Of a stretch of 64,000 nt of DNA, positions 39,011 through 56,261 are shown one piece after another (the stretch's first letter is position 1; the number at the start of each line of letters is the position of its first letter). Origin of the DNA: the human T2T-CHM13v2.0 reference genome, Homo sapiens. Where the stretch lies: the NCBI RefSeq assembly GCF_009914755.1, contig NC_060938.1; one strand, written 5' to 3'. Made by a program: the position numbers and the translations under genes. The notes beneath the pieces are model-generated. The model did no database searches, had not been told where the DNA came from, and was given only the letters and a program-made list of their open reading frames with translations.

Positions 39011-41899
39011 GTGGGAGTTGAACAATGAGAACACTTGGCCACAGGGAAGGGAATATCACACACCGGGGCCTGTCGGGGGGTGGGGGATAGGGGAGGGATA
39101 GCGTTAGGAGAAATACCTAATGTAGATGATGGGTTGATGGGTGCAGCAAACCACCATGGCATGTGTGTACCTATGTAACAAACCTGCACGTTCTGCATAT
39201 GTATCCCAGAACTTAATGTGTAATTGAAAAAAAAAAGGAAAAAAAAAGTATGCCTGAACATGTATGTGTATGCAGCAGACAAGAGGAGGTAAATACCTAT
39301 GGCTGATAAGATGGCATCAAACTACATACCAAATTGTTACTTCACTTCTGTTTCTCTGGCTTACTTCAGAATTACCTTGCATAGGATGAAAGATTTAATG
39401 GAACAGGAAAGGGTATTTGTGTTCAGCCTCAGCTTTTAGGATGGGAGTAGCCAATGGGTATAATCTGGGCAATCCTGCATGTGCAGACTGGGAAACCCAA
39501 GTCTTATATCTCATATACCATAGTAATTTTTACAGTTCCACAGATGAAAATGAAATGAAATCAATTCCATCATTTTCAGAAAAGATATCTTTTAAGAAAT
39601 CTATTATTATTATTATAAGAGCAAAATAAAACAGGATCACTCTTTTATATAATTACAAAATATTTTTAAATATGTGCATGACAAATGCTGTGTAATACAC
39701 CTCATTATTTTCAGTGTCCCTGATGGGCTCCTTATCCTTGACCTAAAAATGGTGATTCCAAATTTAAGACTTTCTTGGGTATATTTTTTAATTGGAATAA
39801 ATACAGAGGTCAAAATTACTCTTGGGTTTCTAAGTAAGAAGAAATGCAATTACTTGTGAATTATTTTAAGCTCGAATGCTATTTGCTCTCTGTTAAAATG
39901 GTAAAACAAATTACTCGTTATGGAATATATACCCACAAAAGTCTTTCAGTAAAATGTTATTGCTAAAATGTATCTTAAAATCTAATTGTTAGTCTTTGTT
40001 ACACTTGTCAGCTCAGAATGGTCAGGAACCTTTTTTTGTGATAAGCCTCACAGAGGCTATGGAAAACAGGAGCACTTTTTTCTTGGGAATATAATTGCAG
40101 TAATACTGTACCACCTAATGGAGTCAGAAAAAACAATTTATGTAGAAATATAGTTCTGAGAGCCTTGCGATTATTGCCTTTTGTGTCATTCTACCTACAT
40201 TACACAAAGTAGGACTTAGGAAGTCCTGGAAATCATATGTTGGATATTTTCTAATTACTGTGTCAGCATGATCAATCATTTTCTAAATTTGCCAGTTTCC
40301 TGAAATAGCTTAGCTTATGTTCATAGCACTTTAGAGGAAGCAGCATAAAATTAGTTTCTATTGGTGTCACAAAAGAAATGAAATATTTATCTTTGGCAAA
40401 AAGACCTGTACACCAAACTTCAATTAATGAGTACAAGAATTAGAAATCAAAACTTTGTTTAGTCTAAGGAAAAACAGTTCTTTAAACTGTAACCACATGG
40501 CTGTTTCTTGTTTGCATCAACTCTGGGTGACTGTTATTGTCTTCTGTGAATTCTCTGGGGCAGGGGCCTGACTTTGTTGAATGAGCCAATTGTTTTCATT
40601 TGTGTTGCCCATCTAGTAAGTTCCCATCTGGTTTGTATCAGACTGTTTTCACAGCCAACAACTGCTGCCTTCTCTATATCCTGACACTTCAGGGCCCCAC
40701 GCTATCAAAGCACTGCTGCGATGGCCTTGCTGGCAGGGCCTATACAGCTGTGCCTTACAGCTTGGAACTATTACCCAGAGTAATGGTAACGTAGAACTTG
40801 GACTGGCCCTTATTCCCACTGGTGTCGTGTGTACAGTGAGCAGAAACCCACCCTCTCCCTCTCTCCCCCTTGCCCCGAAACTTGCTATTCAACAGAAAAT
40901 CTTTAAAGCTCTTATTTTAGGATGTGGAATGGTGGTGTTTTTATTTTCTAGTGGCTTCCTGTATTTGAAAGCTCATTTTTCATTCTTTCACTCTTTCAAA
41001 AGTTACCAGGTCTGGCCTTAGGGAAGTGAACTGGTCACTATGTCACATTTAATTTTTGTTTCCATATTTAGTTAGGAATGGCTAGAGATGTCAAAACCCA
41101 CTGTCAAGGCTACACAGATAATACAGTATATTTTTAGTGATAACCACAAGCCATAATTTGAGAGAAGTCTTCATATTTAGGAAGGGTTTCCATCTCAGAA
41201 AATAGATTTTCTGTGTATAGATACAGAGGCACTTAGCTTCAAACTGCTTAGTAAATATTAGGGAGTTACTTTGCCATCAGCTTTGGTAATTATCAAATGT
41301 CATTTATAAGAATGTTATAATAGTGACCTTCTCTAACAGTCTGTGGCCTGGTATAATATAGGTGTATTAGAATTATGGGTGTTATTATTGACAAAGATAT
41401 GGTTGAGTTTAAGTGTAGTTATGATATTATTGCTTAATAGACATAAACTGAAACAGCAAACTTCTTTCCTACCAAAGAAAGGAATTAAATGTGAATTTAC
41501 AATGTATTAAGATTTTTTAAATGCTGAAGATTAGTTAAAACTGGATTATAGTTTGTGCTTTCAATTAAATCAAGTGGCTGATTGTCGTAGAGCATGAAGT
41601 ATCCTAGATAGTAAGCCCTGTGAGAGTTAAACTACAGCAACAACAAAATCTCACCTTCTGCTTCTGAATAATTTCAGTGCACTGGTATTTCAAGGTTTTA
41701 GGAAAAAAAAATAGAAAGGAATTCATCTTTGTAGTCAGCAGTACGGCCTATGACTTAGTGTAACTATTTATTTGATATTAAAGGTTACCTAGTAATGCCA
41801 GTAATTTGGCTTAATTTTATCATTGGAAAAAAGTTTAAAACTACAAAGGTATCATCTTTTAATTGCTGAAACTGCCCTATTGGTTTCTTCCATTTTAAC

Positions 41900-42180
41900 T
41901 TTTTTATGGAAGAATAATATACATTCAGAAAAGTACACATATTGTAAGTGTACAGCTCAAAGAATTTTCACAAATACAGTACACTTGTGGAAGCAGTATC
42001 CAGCTCAAGAAATTGAACACTGCCAGACCCCCAAAGGCCCTCATGCTCCCTTTCAGCCACAGTCTCTACTCCCACAAGCATAAAGCCACTACTCTGACTT
42101 CCAACAACCTAGATTAGTTTCCTTGTTTGCACTTCACATAAATGAAATCATACGGTATGTATGGCTTCTTTCACCAGGCA
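41900..42180 (-). mobile_element. L1ME-like 3' end fragment
   Basis: gtgtacagctcaaagaattttcacaaa...actactctgacttc. Confidence 0.65.
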
Positions 42181-43159
42181 AACCTATTGTAGTTTTTAAG
42201 ATTCTTTTAGTTTTTAAACTATTATGGCATGCTTTTATAAAGAATGATCTGAGAGGAATTTGTTTTAGTAGCTGTTTCACAGGCTGTTCAACTAACAGGA
42301 AGTGAGTTGTAGATAAAGTTGTCTATTAAAACATAGAGTCTCTCAGTTCTCAACCAAATTTTAATGCTGGAATGTCCCTCTAGACATTCTTGCCCCTAAA
42401 AGGCAGGCACTCTCTCTGTCATAACACCAACAGGAATACAGTCAAGTACTTAAATGCTTTTTAATAAGCTTTAATAATTGAATGTACATTACTCAAGTTA
42501 ATTGTGATTTGCATTCAGGATAGGTGGGTCATCTATTTTCTGAATTAACTATCAACTTCTTGGCAGTGGGATATATACTTTTATGCCGCCAGGATCCTAT
42601 TTCTGAAAATGCTATTATTTAAGAGAGTTGGTATACCTACTAGAGCCAATGAGTAACTTAATTTGGAGGATCTGGCCAGGTTATTTAACAAGTACTAACT
42701 TCTTTTTATATATTTTTAAGTACCCTAATAATTTATTGGATTTTTTTTTTTTTTTAGTGAACTCAAATTAGTATAAAAATGTAGCTATCCTGACTGTTAC
42801 TAATTTTAGATGTCTCCTTATTGAGTTTTGTTTTAAATTCTGTACATCGTCCCTTTAAAAATTTATGTTGTTTTGTGGGTTAAAAAATTCACATTTTGGG
42901 GGGCTTCATCTTTATATCCTTATTTTGCAGTTAACAGCCTTATAGTTTTATGCTGTTTTCTTAGATAATCCATAAAGAATTTGTTTAAAATAATACTATA
43001 AAGATTTACAAATGTAAGTATTACTATACCAGTGACTCTTACTGAAAATAGCATTGAAGAGTCAGAAAGTAAGCTTTGAAGCCCAAAATAATTTTTTTTT
43101 AAATATGAGTATAACTGTTATAAAGCCCAAATTTCAATTTTTTAAAAATACCAATTTTT

Positions 43160-43551
43160 ATAAATGTCATTTTATTTTAGATTTGGGGGTACATGTGCAT
43201 GTTTATTGCATGGATATATTGGTTTATTGCATGGATATATTGGTATATTGCTTAATTGTGGGGATTGGGCTTCTAATGTACCCATTACCCAAATAGTTAA
43301 CATTGTACTTGATAGGTTATTTTTCAACCCTGCCCCCCCTTCGCTGGCTTTTGGAGTTTTCATCGTGTATTATTTCTATCCGTATGTCCTATGTGTACCC
43401 ATTGTTTAGCTCCCACTTATAAGTGAGAATATGTGGTAATGAATTTCCTGCTTCTGAGTTAGTTCACTTAGGTTAGTGGCCTATGAGCTCCATCTATGTT
43501 GCTGGAAAGGACATGATTTCATTCTTTTTTATGGCTGTGTAGTATTCCTTG
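43160..43551 (-). mobile_element. 5'-truncated L1 (L1PB/L1MA-like) 3' end
   Basis: 16-bp TSD aaaaataccaattttt at 43144 and 43552; gctcccacttataagtgagaa. Confidence 0.88.
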
Positions 43552-44662
43552 AAAAATACCAATTTTTGAAAAGGATGTACACTAACTATAACATGGTTTA
43601 CTTTCACTTGGCACCAGAGATAGCAACAATATTTTGAACGACTATTTGAAATGAAAAGCTAAAATATTGAAATAAGGGGGGTATTTGGAAAAGGCACAGT
43701 GTGTACAAGTAGTGCAATCCCAGTACTCCCTGTGTGCCTTCAATTAAAGCTTTTTCAGCCAGTATCCCTGCTTTTCCAGGCTGGAATTCTATTTCCAAAT
43801 CTAAGTTCACTTGTTCTTTATTTTGTAGTATCTTCAAACATTTAAGTAAAAGCTAAACAAGTCAGCTTTTTGTGGTAAAGATAAAAATATAAATTATATT
43901 TATAGTTAATATATAACTCAATTTCTAGTCAGCATTGCTCATTCAAAATTTCCATAGAAATGTTAATAGAACTTTATAGATCAAATAATTCCAAAATTTT
44001 CCTTCTCATCTTTTGACTTCAATACCAGTATTATGTTTTTTTTTCAGTTTTGATCAGCAGGATAAAGAATTGTAAGAACTGACAAACTTGAGAAGCAGTT
44101 TTCAAGTTGTGTTGACCTAGTTGTAGGCCGTGTTTGCTGTTTTAATCATCAACTGCAGAGCACAATACTCACCCTTCCAGTAAACCTCGTAAATCAACAA
44201 GTGAGAATTATGAAGCCACTTACTTGTTATAAGAATAAAAGTGGTCAACTCTGATACTGTGATAGTGGCTTATTTTTTTTAACTGTTAAGACGTATCACT
44301 GCAGAAGTCAAGATCCTCCCCCAGTTTTGACTGAGGAGAGTTTTATGTTTACAATAACAGCAACAACCATATGTCATAGTAACCATTTATGTACCCTTCC
44401 TTTAGGTGGCATACTCTGCTAAGATCCTTGATCAACTCAATTAGGGAGTTAATATTCTCATTACTTGCTATAAACAAGTGGTTCTTCAATGGAAGGGATC
44501 TCTGAGGTGGTATTGATACCTTTGTTTTCATGTTTATACTCTGTGTTCTCTGTAGAATTTGAAAGGGAGCTCTATTAAACTGGAGGGACCAAGCAGTAAT
44601 AATTTCTGTCCCTCTCTAACTCTTGGAAGTTTAGAAACAAAGTGAGAAGTGAACACAGATAA

Positions 44663-44987
<325 letters not shown>

Positions 44988-45041
44988 CATAGTAAGCACT
45001 TTTAATACATTTAAAGATTTTTTAAAATTGTATCACAGTTG

Positions 45042-45218
45042 AGCTGGGCATGGTGACAGACACCTGTAGTTCTAGCTACTAGGAAGGCTGAGGTGGCAGG
45101 ATGGCAGGATCCCTTGAGCCCAGAAGGTCGAGGCTGCAGTGAGCTATGATTGTACCACTGCACTCCAGCCTGGGTGACAGAATGAGACCCCATTTCTTTA
45201 AAAAACAAACAAACAAAA
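45042..45218 (+). mobile_element. Alu right monomer (FRAM/AluJ)
   Basis: TSD tatcacagtt. Confidence 0.85.
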
Positions 45219-45469
45219 CCTATATCACAGTTGTATGTTCAATTTTGGTCTATTTGTGGATATCAAATATATGTAACTTGTATTTGTCCACACTCTTGTC
45301 CTTATAAAACATTAAATTTTCTACAGTATAACAATAATAGTTTAACATGAATGTTTATCTCCAGTGAGAATGTATTGCCCAGCATAATGAAATATGGAAT
45401 GCTTATAAACTTGCTCATTTAAATATCTTCTTATAAAAATCCACCCAAAAATTTTTTTAATTTTTAGTA

Positions 45470-46290
<821 letters not shown>

Positions 46291-47111
46291 AAATTTTTGT
46301 GAAATAAATGAAGCTTAAGAGATAACTGATTTTTATCTTAAAGAAAATTAGAAAAGAAATACTGATTATACAACGTTCTAATTTTTTTCATATCACCCTA
46401 CCCCAAGAATTTGTTTGAAATAAGTTATAGAAGGTTGTTAATTGACTGTACTTCACAGCACAGATTAACAGCATCATAACGGAGCCATGCCCTTAGTATC
46501 CAGAGTGTCTTGTTGGCCTGAGACCTATATGTGCTATAGGTTTCTCTCAGTTAACTTTCCGATTCTCTGGCCATAAAAAAGATTTTTTCCTCAGCCTATT
46601 TTATCTCAATACTAAAAATTTGCTTTGCTATAATAGTGTATTGCTCTTCTGTGCTCCCTGCCAGCTTTATGGGTTGTTTCCTACGGATTGTATTGAGTAA
46701 TATGCTCCAGGCTGGCCTAGGAAGAAGGGAGATTCTAAACCTCTTTTTGTAATTATTAAATTCTTAGGTAAGAGAATCTGTGAAAACTTTTCACCTTTGA
46801 AGAAATGGCCCATTAATTTCCTTTATTTGATACAAATTTCAGATTTTCTCATGACCCTTTGCTTCCCCCCCCCATCTGTGATGCATAAAGATAATAATCC
46901 GTTAAAGTATTTCCTATTGATAGTCATTAAAATTCAGCTGTTTAACTTCCTTCTTTACATTCAGGCCACTAGATCAAACTTCTGTTTACCTGGTTTTATG
47001 AGAATAACGGTGGGAGTGCATTTGGTTTGTGTTCTTTTAGTGAATAGGAATGAATCATGATTATTTCTATGCTTAACTGATTTTCTTCTGAAAAAATAAA
47101 TTTTTATGTAG

Positions 47112-47177
47112 TTTCACCAGGTGATATGGATCGGACACAAATTGAGCTTAATCCGTACCTCACATGTGTATTTTCAG
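47112..47177 (+). CDS. KIAA0586: KIAA0586 penultimate coding exon, 66 nt, phase 1-1
   Basis: Acceptor tttttatgtag|TT, donor TCAG|gtaaga; [22 protein letters not shown], in frame with both neighbours. Confidence 0.85.
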
Positions 47178-49237
47178 GTAAGATTTTTACTTTAAAAGTT
47201 CTTGAACTTGGAGCTGTTCAGATTTTTTCATTTCCTGATGATTCTTTCTCTCATAATAATCAACACAGTAGAAATACTAATAGCAATTTTTAATTCTTCT
47301 GTAATATCTGTAAATTCACCCCAGGTTACAAACTCAGCTCTCCAAAAGGCGTAAGTTAGGGGACAGGAAAGAAAACCTATCGTTTCGCTTTGGAAAGTTT
47401 ATAAAATGATGAATTAAAAGGCTGCAGGTGTGGTATTCAGAGCACTAAGGATAAGACTCGAGATAATTCCATCTGGGGGAGGTTATTTGTTGGGACAGGA
47501 CAGTGTTTAAACTTTGAAGTCATTTTAAACAAAGTGAAGCAGCTGGAACCTGGCATAAAAAGAAACAGATCTTTCACATTAACGATTGCTTTTTAGAGGA
47601 AAAAATTGGAGTTGTTTTTACAGGTGTCGGAACATTTATTCTTCCTATAAGAACTGCTTTGTTTTTACCTTAAATTATAAATTTTAAAATAAGCATTTGT
47701 CAACTCATTTGAAAAATAAAAAAAGTAATAGGATTCATATGCCTAAAAGATATTTTGGGATAAGATCATTGTAACATTTTAAGTTACCCTTTCTAAAACA
47801 TGAGTAAGGAAAGAAATGTTTAATAGTGACTAATTCTGGAAAGCAAAAGTAAATAAAATATTGCATACTATACTTAACATCAAATGATGAGGCACCTTCT
47901 TCATCAAGTCTTTCATTTATTCTCAAACACTGGGGCTATGATGTTGCAAATCTGTAGGACTGGGTTAAGTATGTGAGGAGAATTGAATACAGCAGGATAG
48001 TTTAGCAGCTGCTTACACAGGAATTGGAGCAAGAGTGGATGAGTCCAGGGTGTACAGGAAAAATGCTTCAAGAACTCAATAAAACACAGCTGAAATACTG
48101 TAACATTTTCACAGACAGCTGGGAAGCAACTGCATTGCTGGAACTCAGGGCTGATTTTAAAGACAAGATCTGGTCAGTGTGAATCTAAGCAAGCTGTTAG
48201 CAAAGAGAAACCACAGACTCTCTAGGTAGGAACAAATCAATTTGGTTCAGCAGTCATTTCAAGGTCCACTGTTTGCCCAGCATCATGCTGAGGCTTTGTA
48301 GAATGCAGAGGTAAATAAGACACAGTCACTGTCCTAGTGGAGCACATCTTTAATGGAAACAACAGACTTACAAGTTAGTAACAATAATACAAGGTGATAA
48401 GGTCACAGATACTTACTGTGTACCTGCTATCCTAGTCACTCAGAACACAAAGACTGTCAATTCCAAAGACTGTCCATGCCCTTAAGGAATGCATTGTCTG
48501 GAAGAAATGACAGATACATAAATAATTACAGTGCAGTCTGGTAAGTGCTGCAATCAGAATAAGACAGCCACAATTAACAGGAGAGGAACTAATATTTCAC
48601 CACTATCACTGGAAAAACAATTCAGAGAATTGAATCCTACCATTCGTTACATAACTTATTACTCAGAATAAATTATAGTTTTTCTTTTACTTAGTTTTAT
48701 AAATCTGACATCCAAAAACAGAAAACATAAAATTTCTTTATGAATTTTAAATATTTTTAAAGCAAAAAATTGGAATTTCAAATGTCAAAAACGTGTATTA
48801 AATTATGTCTCAGGAAGCTTCTAACGCATGGTCTGACTCCATGGCATGCCCCACTTAAATGCATGCCAGGTTAAATGACACACTGCAAACCCATGGAATC
48901 AAGGAATAGTCTTTTTTATAGACCTGAAAACAGCTGTTGAAACAATTACATCATAGAGTAATGACTTGACTGTGCAAATTTAAAAAGTCAAACTTTAAAA
49001 GCATCAAACTATATTTAATAGAGGTAGAAGATTTATATTTGCTTTCATGGTGATTTATTAAAATGTTATGTCTTTTCTTTAAAAAAATTAATTTTTTTAT
49101 GAATGTTACCCTTTTCGCCTGTTCACAGTAATCTAAGTGATGCTTTTTTTAATGTTCCCAGTCTAAAGAGTTCTCTTACAAAGTTCTAAAACTGTGATTT
49201 AGCTTGTGTAAATGAATACTTTAAATAAAAAGTTTTC

Positions 49238-49598
<361 letters not shown>

Positions 49599-49900
49599 TT
49601 AAAACACAGTTAACTAGAGTTTAAACTAGCATAACTATTTAGAGGCCTTCCAGAGTGTACTCTCTCTTTCCCCACTCCCTCTTTTTTTCTTAATTGTATT
49701 TCAGTGAAACATTCTTATTCCTCCTTCTAAAGCAGAGTACCTTTTGCAGCCCACCCTGAGCCTCATTGCCTCTTAGATAGTGGCTTTCCAATTACATAAA
49801 AGTAAGAGCTGATATGTTTGTGTGCTTTCTATGTTCCAGCACTATATAAAACACTTTGTATGTATTATCTGGCTGAATCCTCATAAAAACCTCTGAAGTC

Positions 49901-50216
<316 letters not shown>

Positions 50217-50890
50217 TCATATTTTTTTTATAGTTGAGAAAACTGGGGTTCAGAGAAGTTACGTAACTTTTTCAGTCTCTTATTATTTTCTATCCCTCTT
50301 ACCTTTTACCTATTTTTCTTTATAGTACTTAGCACTTCCTGTTATATTAGATGTTTATTTCCTTACTTGTCATTCATCCCCTAAACCCAACAGAATGTGT
50401 GGCCAGTGAGGTTAGACCCTTTGTTTTCTTCACTGCTGTATTCTCCAGAGTCTAGAACAGTGCCAGGCACATAGTAGGTGCACAGTTGATATCTGTTGGA
50501 TGGATGGATGAGCTCAGCTCTGCCCTGTTCCAGAATCCATTCTCTTATCCCCTCTGCCTTTTACTCCTTCCCATACAGAAGCCTCACATCAGCAGTCTGG
50601 GTGGGGCCATTCCTAAGTGACCTGATTTGGACCCTACTCTTGATCTGTCATGAAGAGACTTGTGCTTAAAATTTCATCACCGCTCCCAAGTTTGTTGGTG
50701 TTCTTATTACTGCCTAGTCAGTCAACCAAATCTGTCATTTCAGAGTGAAACTTGGTTCTTTATAAGTACTAAGTCTCCATCCAAAATATCTTGACCCTAT
50801 TTCCACTGCCAAGGATCATTAGTTCTTCTATGGACTATTTTTATAGATCCGTCTCCCGTCTCTCTATTTTCCACACAGCTATTAGGATGA

Positions 50891-51795
<905 letters not shown>

Positions 51796-52775
51796 AGATT
51801 TGCTCAAATTATTCCTGTGGTCAAAATTTTTTGTGACTCCTTACTGCTTTCACAGGACTTGGCCCTGGCCTTGCTTATCTCACCATTTCTCCTATCCAAA
51901 CAATATTTGATATCAGAATACTCAGAGTTCCCTTAACACATTAACTTTATCTTGACTTTATTTTGTTATTCTGTTTTCCTTCATTGCCTTCCCACCATCT
52001 TTTCAGTCCCAACTCAATGGCTACCTTCCACTTCATTTAAGTATTCCTATACATGTTTATCTCCTCTACTAGGTGATGAACTTCTTGAGGATGAGGACTC
52101 TGTCTTCTTCATCTGCATATGCTCTTAGCTCCATACATGCAGAAGATTCATATAGATGTTTAGTTAGTGCATATATGCTTTTGGAGAAGCCCACTTTAAT
52201 GTCTCTGGGCCTCAGTTGCCTTGTCTGTTTCTGAGAATTACTGTTAGGATCAGATAATATGATGAAAACGTATTTACAAAATTTGAATTGTTATACAAAT
52301 ATAAGGCAATAACTGCAAGAAATGCTTACAGTGATTGAATTCAGTATGTTCCTTGAGACTTGGAAACTTCTAGGAGATCCCTCCACCCTAAAAAGTTATA
52401 GCTCTTATTACAACATTGAGCAATTTAATCTGTAATTTTATGCACAAAGTAGAAAACGAAGGTATATACAAAGTGGTTTTGTGAAATTAAATAACAGAGA
52501 AAAGAAGAGTATTTGGTATCACTGTTGTTTTTGGCAGATGCATAACTCAAGGAATGGATTAGAAGGTAACATTAAGTTGTTTGTATGAGTGGAAAATTAA
52601 TTTGCCCTAGGACTTAGTTATATCCAGTGTTAGTTTTTACTTTATTCATGAGGTGAGCTCTGATATTGGCTGCTTCCCTCAGTTATTTTGTGTATTCTGC
52701 ATCATGGCTTTGTAAAATATAAGAATGTTTAAATATTATATATTATTAATGCTTGTGTCCTATACACATTTTTAA

Positions 52776-53086
<311 letters not shown>

Positions 53087-54299
53087 TTAAAAAATACAGT
53101 CTTTAGTGTCTATTCATTGCATTTTTATTACATCCTGACAAACTGAAAAGACTAAAATCTTTTCCTATTTGAAATATTCTATTTAAATTCACATAAAACT
53201 TGTTTTCTTTTTAAATACTATGGTATTATATTATAGTTTGTGATATTGCTGTAATGATACCAAATCTTATCTTCCTCTCTCTTTTTATAAAAAAATGAAA
53301 TAGTAACAAAAAGGAGTGATACAGTATTTAAAATAGTCTTTGTTAAATTTCCTTATATGAAAGGAATTTTCCTTTTACAAGTATTCTGAGCTTGGACAGC
53401 TATGATTGAGACATCATTAAAATCTCCAGAACTGTCTAATTATACTGTGGCCCCTATAAAAATTTAATGAAAAATTCTATGTTATTACTGTAGAAACTAC
53501 TTGAAAAACATAAAGGGATTTTAGAAAAATTACTGTGACTCTTGTCTGAAATATGTCTTTAAGATTGTTTAAGGTAATTTATTTTTAACGTATTTATTAT
53601 TCTTATGTCTATGGTAAATCCATGAAATTTTAAATGAGGATTTTTGTTTGTTTGTTTTAAATAATACCAAGTTGACAGTCTTTATATTCTTAGGCATTGT
53701 GCTTTAAACTTACAGGGGTGAATTTGGGTATAGGCAGATACATACACTTACGTAGTCAACTTTGAATTTTTTACATATTAATGAATTATTTATCCCAAAC
53801 TGCCTGCCCTCTGCCACCAGCCAGCTTTCATATTAGACATTATAATATTGCTCTCAATCCATGAAGTGGGAATTTTTTTTCATATTTCATTAAATGTAGA
53901 GATAATGTCTACTTTACAGTAGAGAGAAAAGTCTATTTTACAGAGAAAAATGCTTTCCAAAGTCAAGTGTCAGTAATACTTGGATGACCACTGCAGTATG
54001 TTTTTCCTCTGACATTGCTAACCTTATATCACTTCTGTTGGCTAATAGCATAGCACCCTTAGGCACTCAGTAAATCATTATTAATGACATGCTCTTGAGT
54101 TTAAGAGTCCATTTTTTAGGAATAGGAGGAAGAGCAAAGTGCCTTGGCAACCTTTGACTTCAAATGCCTTTTACATGGCTGATATCTTACCTCTTTTAAA
54201 AAAAAAAAAAAAAAGTTCTTGCTCTAACCACAAACCTTTAATTTCTGGCTATTATAGTGTTTTATTGCTCTCCTAGCTATTTACTTAATGGTAACAGTA

Positions 54300-54545
54300 G
54301 TAATAATGGCTATCTTTTAATGGTAATGGGAGCGCTTAGTTTTTGACCACTTACTGAGTGCTAAGCTCTGTTGTTGAGCTCTTCACTGACACTATTTTAT
54401 CCTCACTATACTGTGCAAAGTAGGTACTATTATCCCATTTAACATATGGGAAACTGAACTTTTGAGTGGTAAAATAACTTGGTGACAGTCACACAGCCAG
54501 CAAGAAGTTAAGTCTGGATTTCAGAGACTAGGCCCTTAACCCGTT
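54300..54545 (-). mobile_element. MIR
   Basis: gtaggtactattatcccatttaacatatgggaaactga...gtcacacagcc. Confidence 0.7.
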
Positions 54546-54806
54546 ACATTTGATCTTACTTAGCATTTATCATCTGTATCACAACTTTTAGCTTGTATAC
54601 TGATGTTGTCTCTGACTGATTAGGAGTGAGGGTGGAAAGGAGGAAGGTGTATTTTACCTCTCTGACAAGTTCTGAGCACCTTGGGACAAGAGAGTCCCTT
54701 GTAGGCAATCCTTATTTGGAATCCGCGCCCCCCCACCCCAACCTCATATTATTTTGCAAAGCATAAAGCACGTAAATACTCAGGTTACGCATGTTGAGCT
54801 GAATGA

Positions 54807-55016
<210 letters not shown>

Positions 55017-55102
55017 TAAAGTCATTTTACCTTGGCTTAAAACCCTCTCTCAGACTGTTTGGTTTTTGAGCATATTCTGAAAAAAAAATTCCAATATTTT
55101 AA

Positions 55103-55190
55103 AATAAAACAAAAAGCATAATTTGGGTATTTAAAGTTTTTAAATAAAATAAGTATAAGTCATTATAAGTCTGATTGTGAGTTGTTTCTT
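55103..55190 (+). terminator. Polyadenylation region of KIAA0586: two AATAAA hexamers (55103, 55143) and a downstream GT-rich element
   Basis: AATAAA 128 and 168 nt after the stop codon; gtctgattgtgagttgttt at about 55170-55188. Confidence 0.7.
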
Positions 55191-55299
55191 AGAATCCTGA
55201 GATAGCATAGAGTAGTGAAAGGGCATGGCTTTTGACATCTAGGCATTTAATCTATAGGTGTAATTATCTGTATGTATTTATAAAATTATGTAGCTCAAG

Positions 55300-55850
55300 G
55301 TTATTCATTCTAACATTTTTATAACAGCAAATAGAAAAAATCAAATGTCTATCAATAATAGACTGGTTTTAAAGTGATGGTACATCAGTACAATGGAATA
55401 CTATGTATTACAAAAAAAAATTTAAAAAGTTTATTGATATGGAATAATCTTTGAGATGCACTGTTAAAGTGAAAAAAGCCATGTGCAAAATAGTGTGTGA
55501 ACTATGCAGTTGTTGAAATTATTTAAAATGGGGTGGGGAGGAATTCAAATGTATGGTATGTCACATATTCTTACATGTATTTGCTTGTAAATATATTATA
55601 TAAACAAGAAACTGCTAAGTTTGTCTCCAGGGAGTAGAATTGTTGGCTGGGTGATAGGAGAGGCTAAGTGATAGGAATCAAGGATAATCGTGGTTACTAT
55701 GTATTTGAACTTCAGTTGTGATAGAAAAAAATCATCAGTGAGATTAATTTTTATATGCCTTATGTATACCATATAAACCTTTATAAACCTGTGAAACATG
55801 TAACTCTATTACCTTTTGCAACATAAATACATAAAATTAAAGGAAAATAA
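55300..55850 (+). mobile_element. L1ME-like 3' fragment
   Basis: caaatgtctatcaataatagactgg...tggtacatcagtacaatggaatactatg. Confidence 0.65.
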
Positions 55851-56261
55851 AAAGCATTGCTTCGTAATCAGATACATGTAGGTTCTAATCCCAATTCTGT
55901 AACTTCTTGCTTTGTGATAGGGGCCAACGAAACGCCTTCTTATCAGCTGTTTCAGATTAATGGGTTTAATACTTATTTTTGCAGAATAATGGACATCAGT
56001 GATTGTGTGTGGAGATGGGGGTGGGTAGTGCCCAGCACAGTGCTTGATACCATGTAAGTGCTCAATAAATGGTGTTGTTCTTATTATCTTGAGGGATTTC
56101 AGTACTGTATAGTAGAGGGCATAAGCACATGAAAAGAAAGGCAGCCTAGCACTAGTGAAAAAAATTTACCTCCCAGAAAAATCATTTTCTGTCACAACTG
56201 AATTTCAAACACACAGTAATTACAGTCATCCTTGACTTTTTCAGCATTTTTGTAGGTTGCT

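Noticed and set aside
39065-39098. G-quadruplex motif
   Set aside because: Standard G-rich tract of the L1 3'UTR
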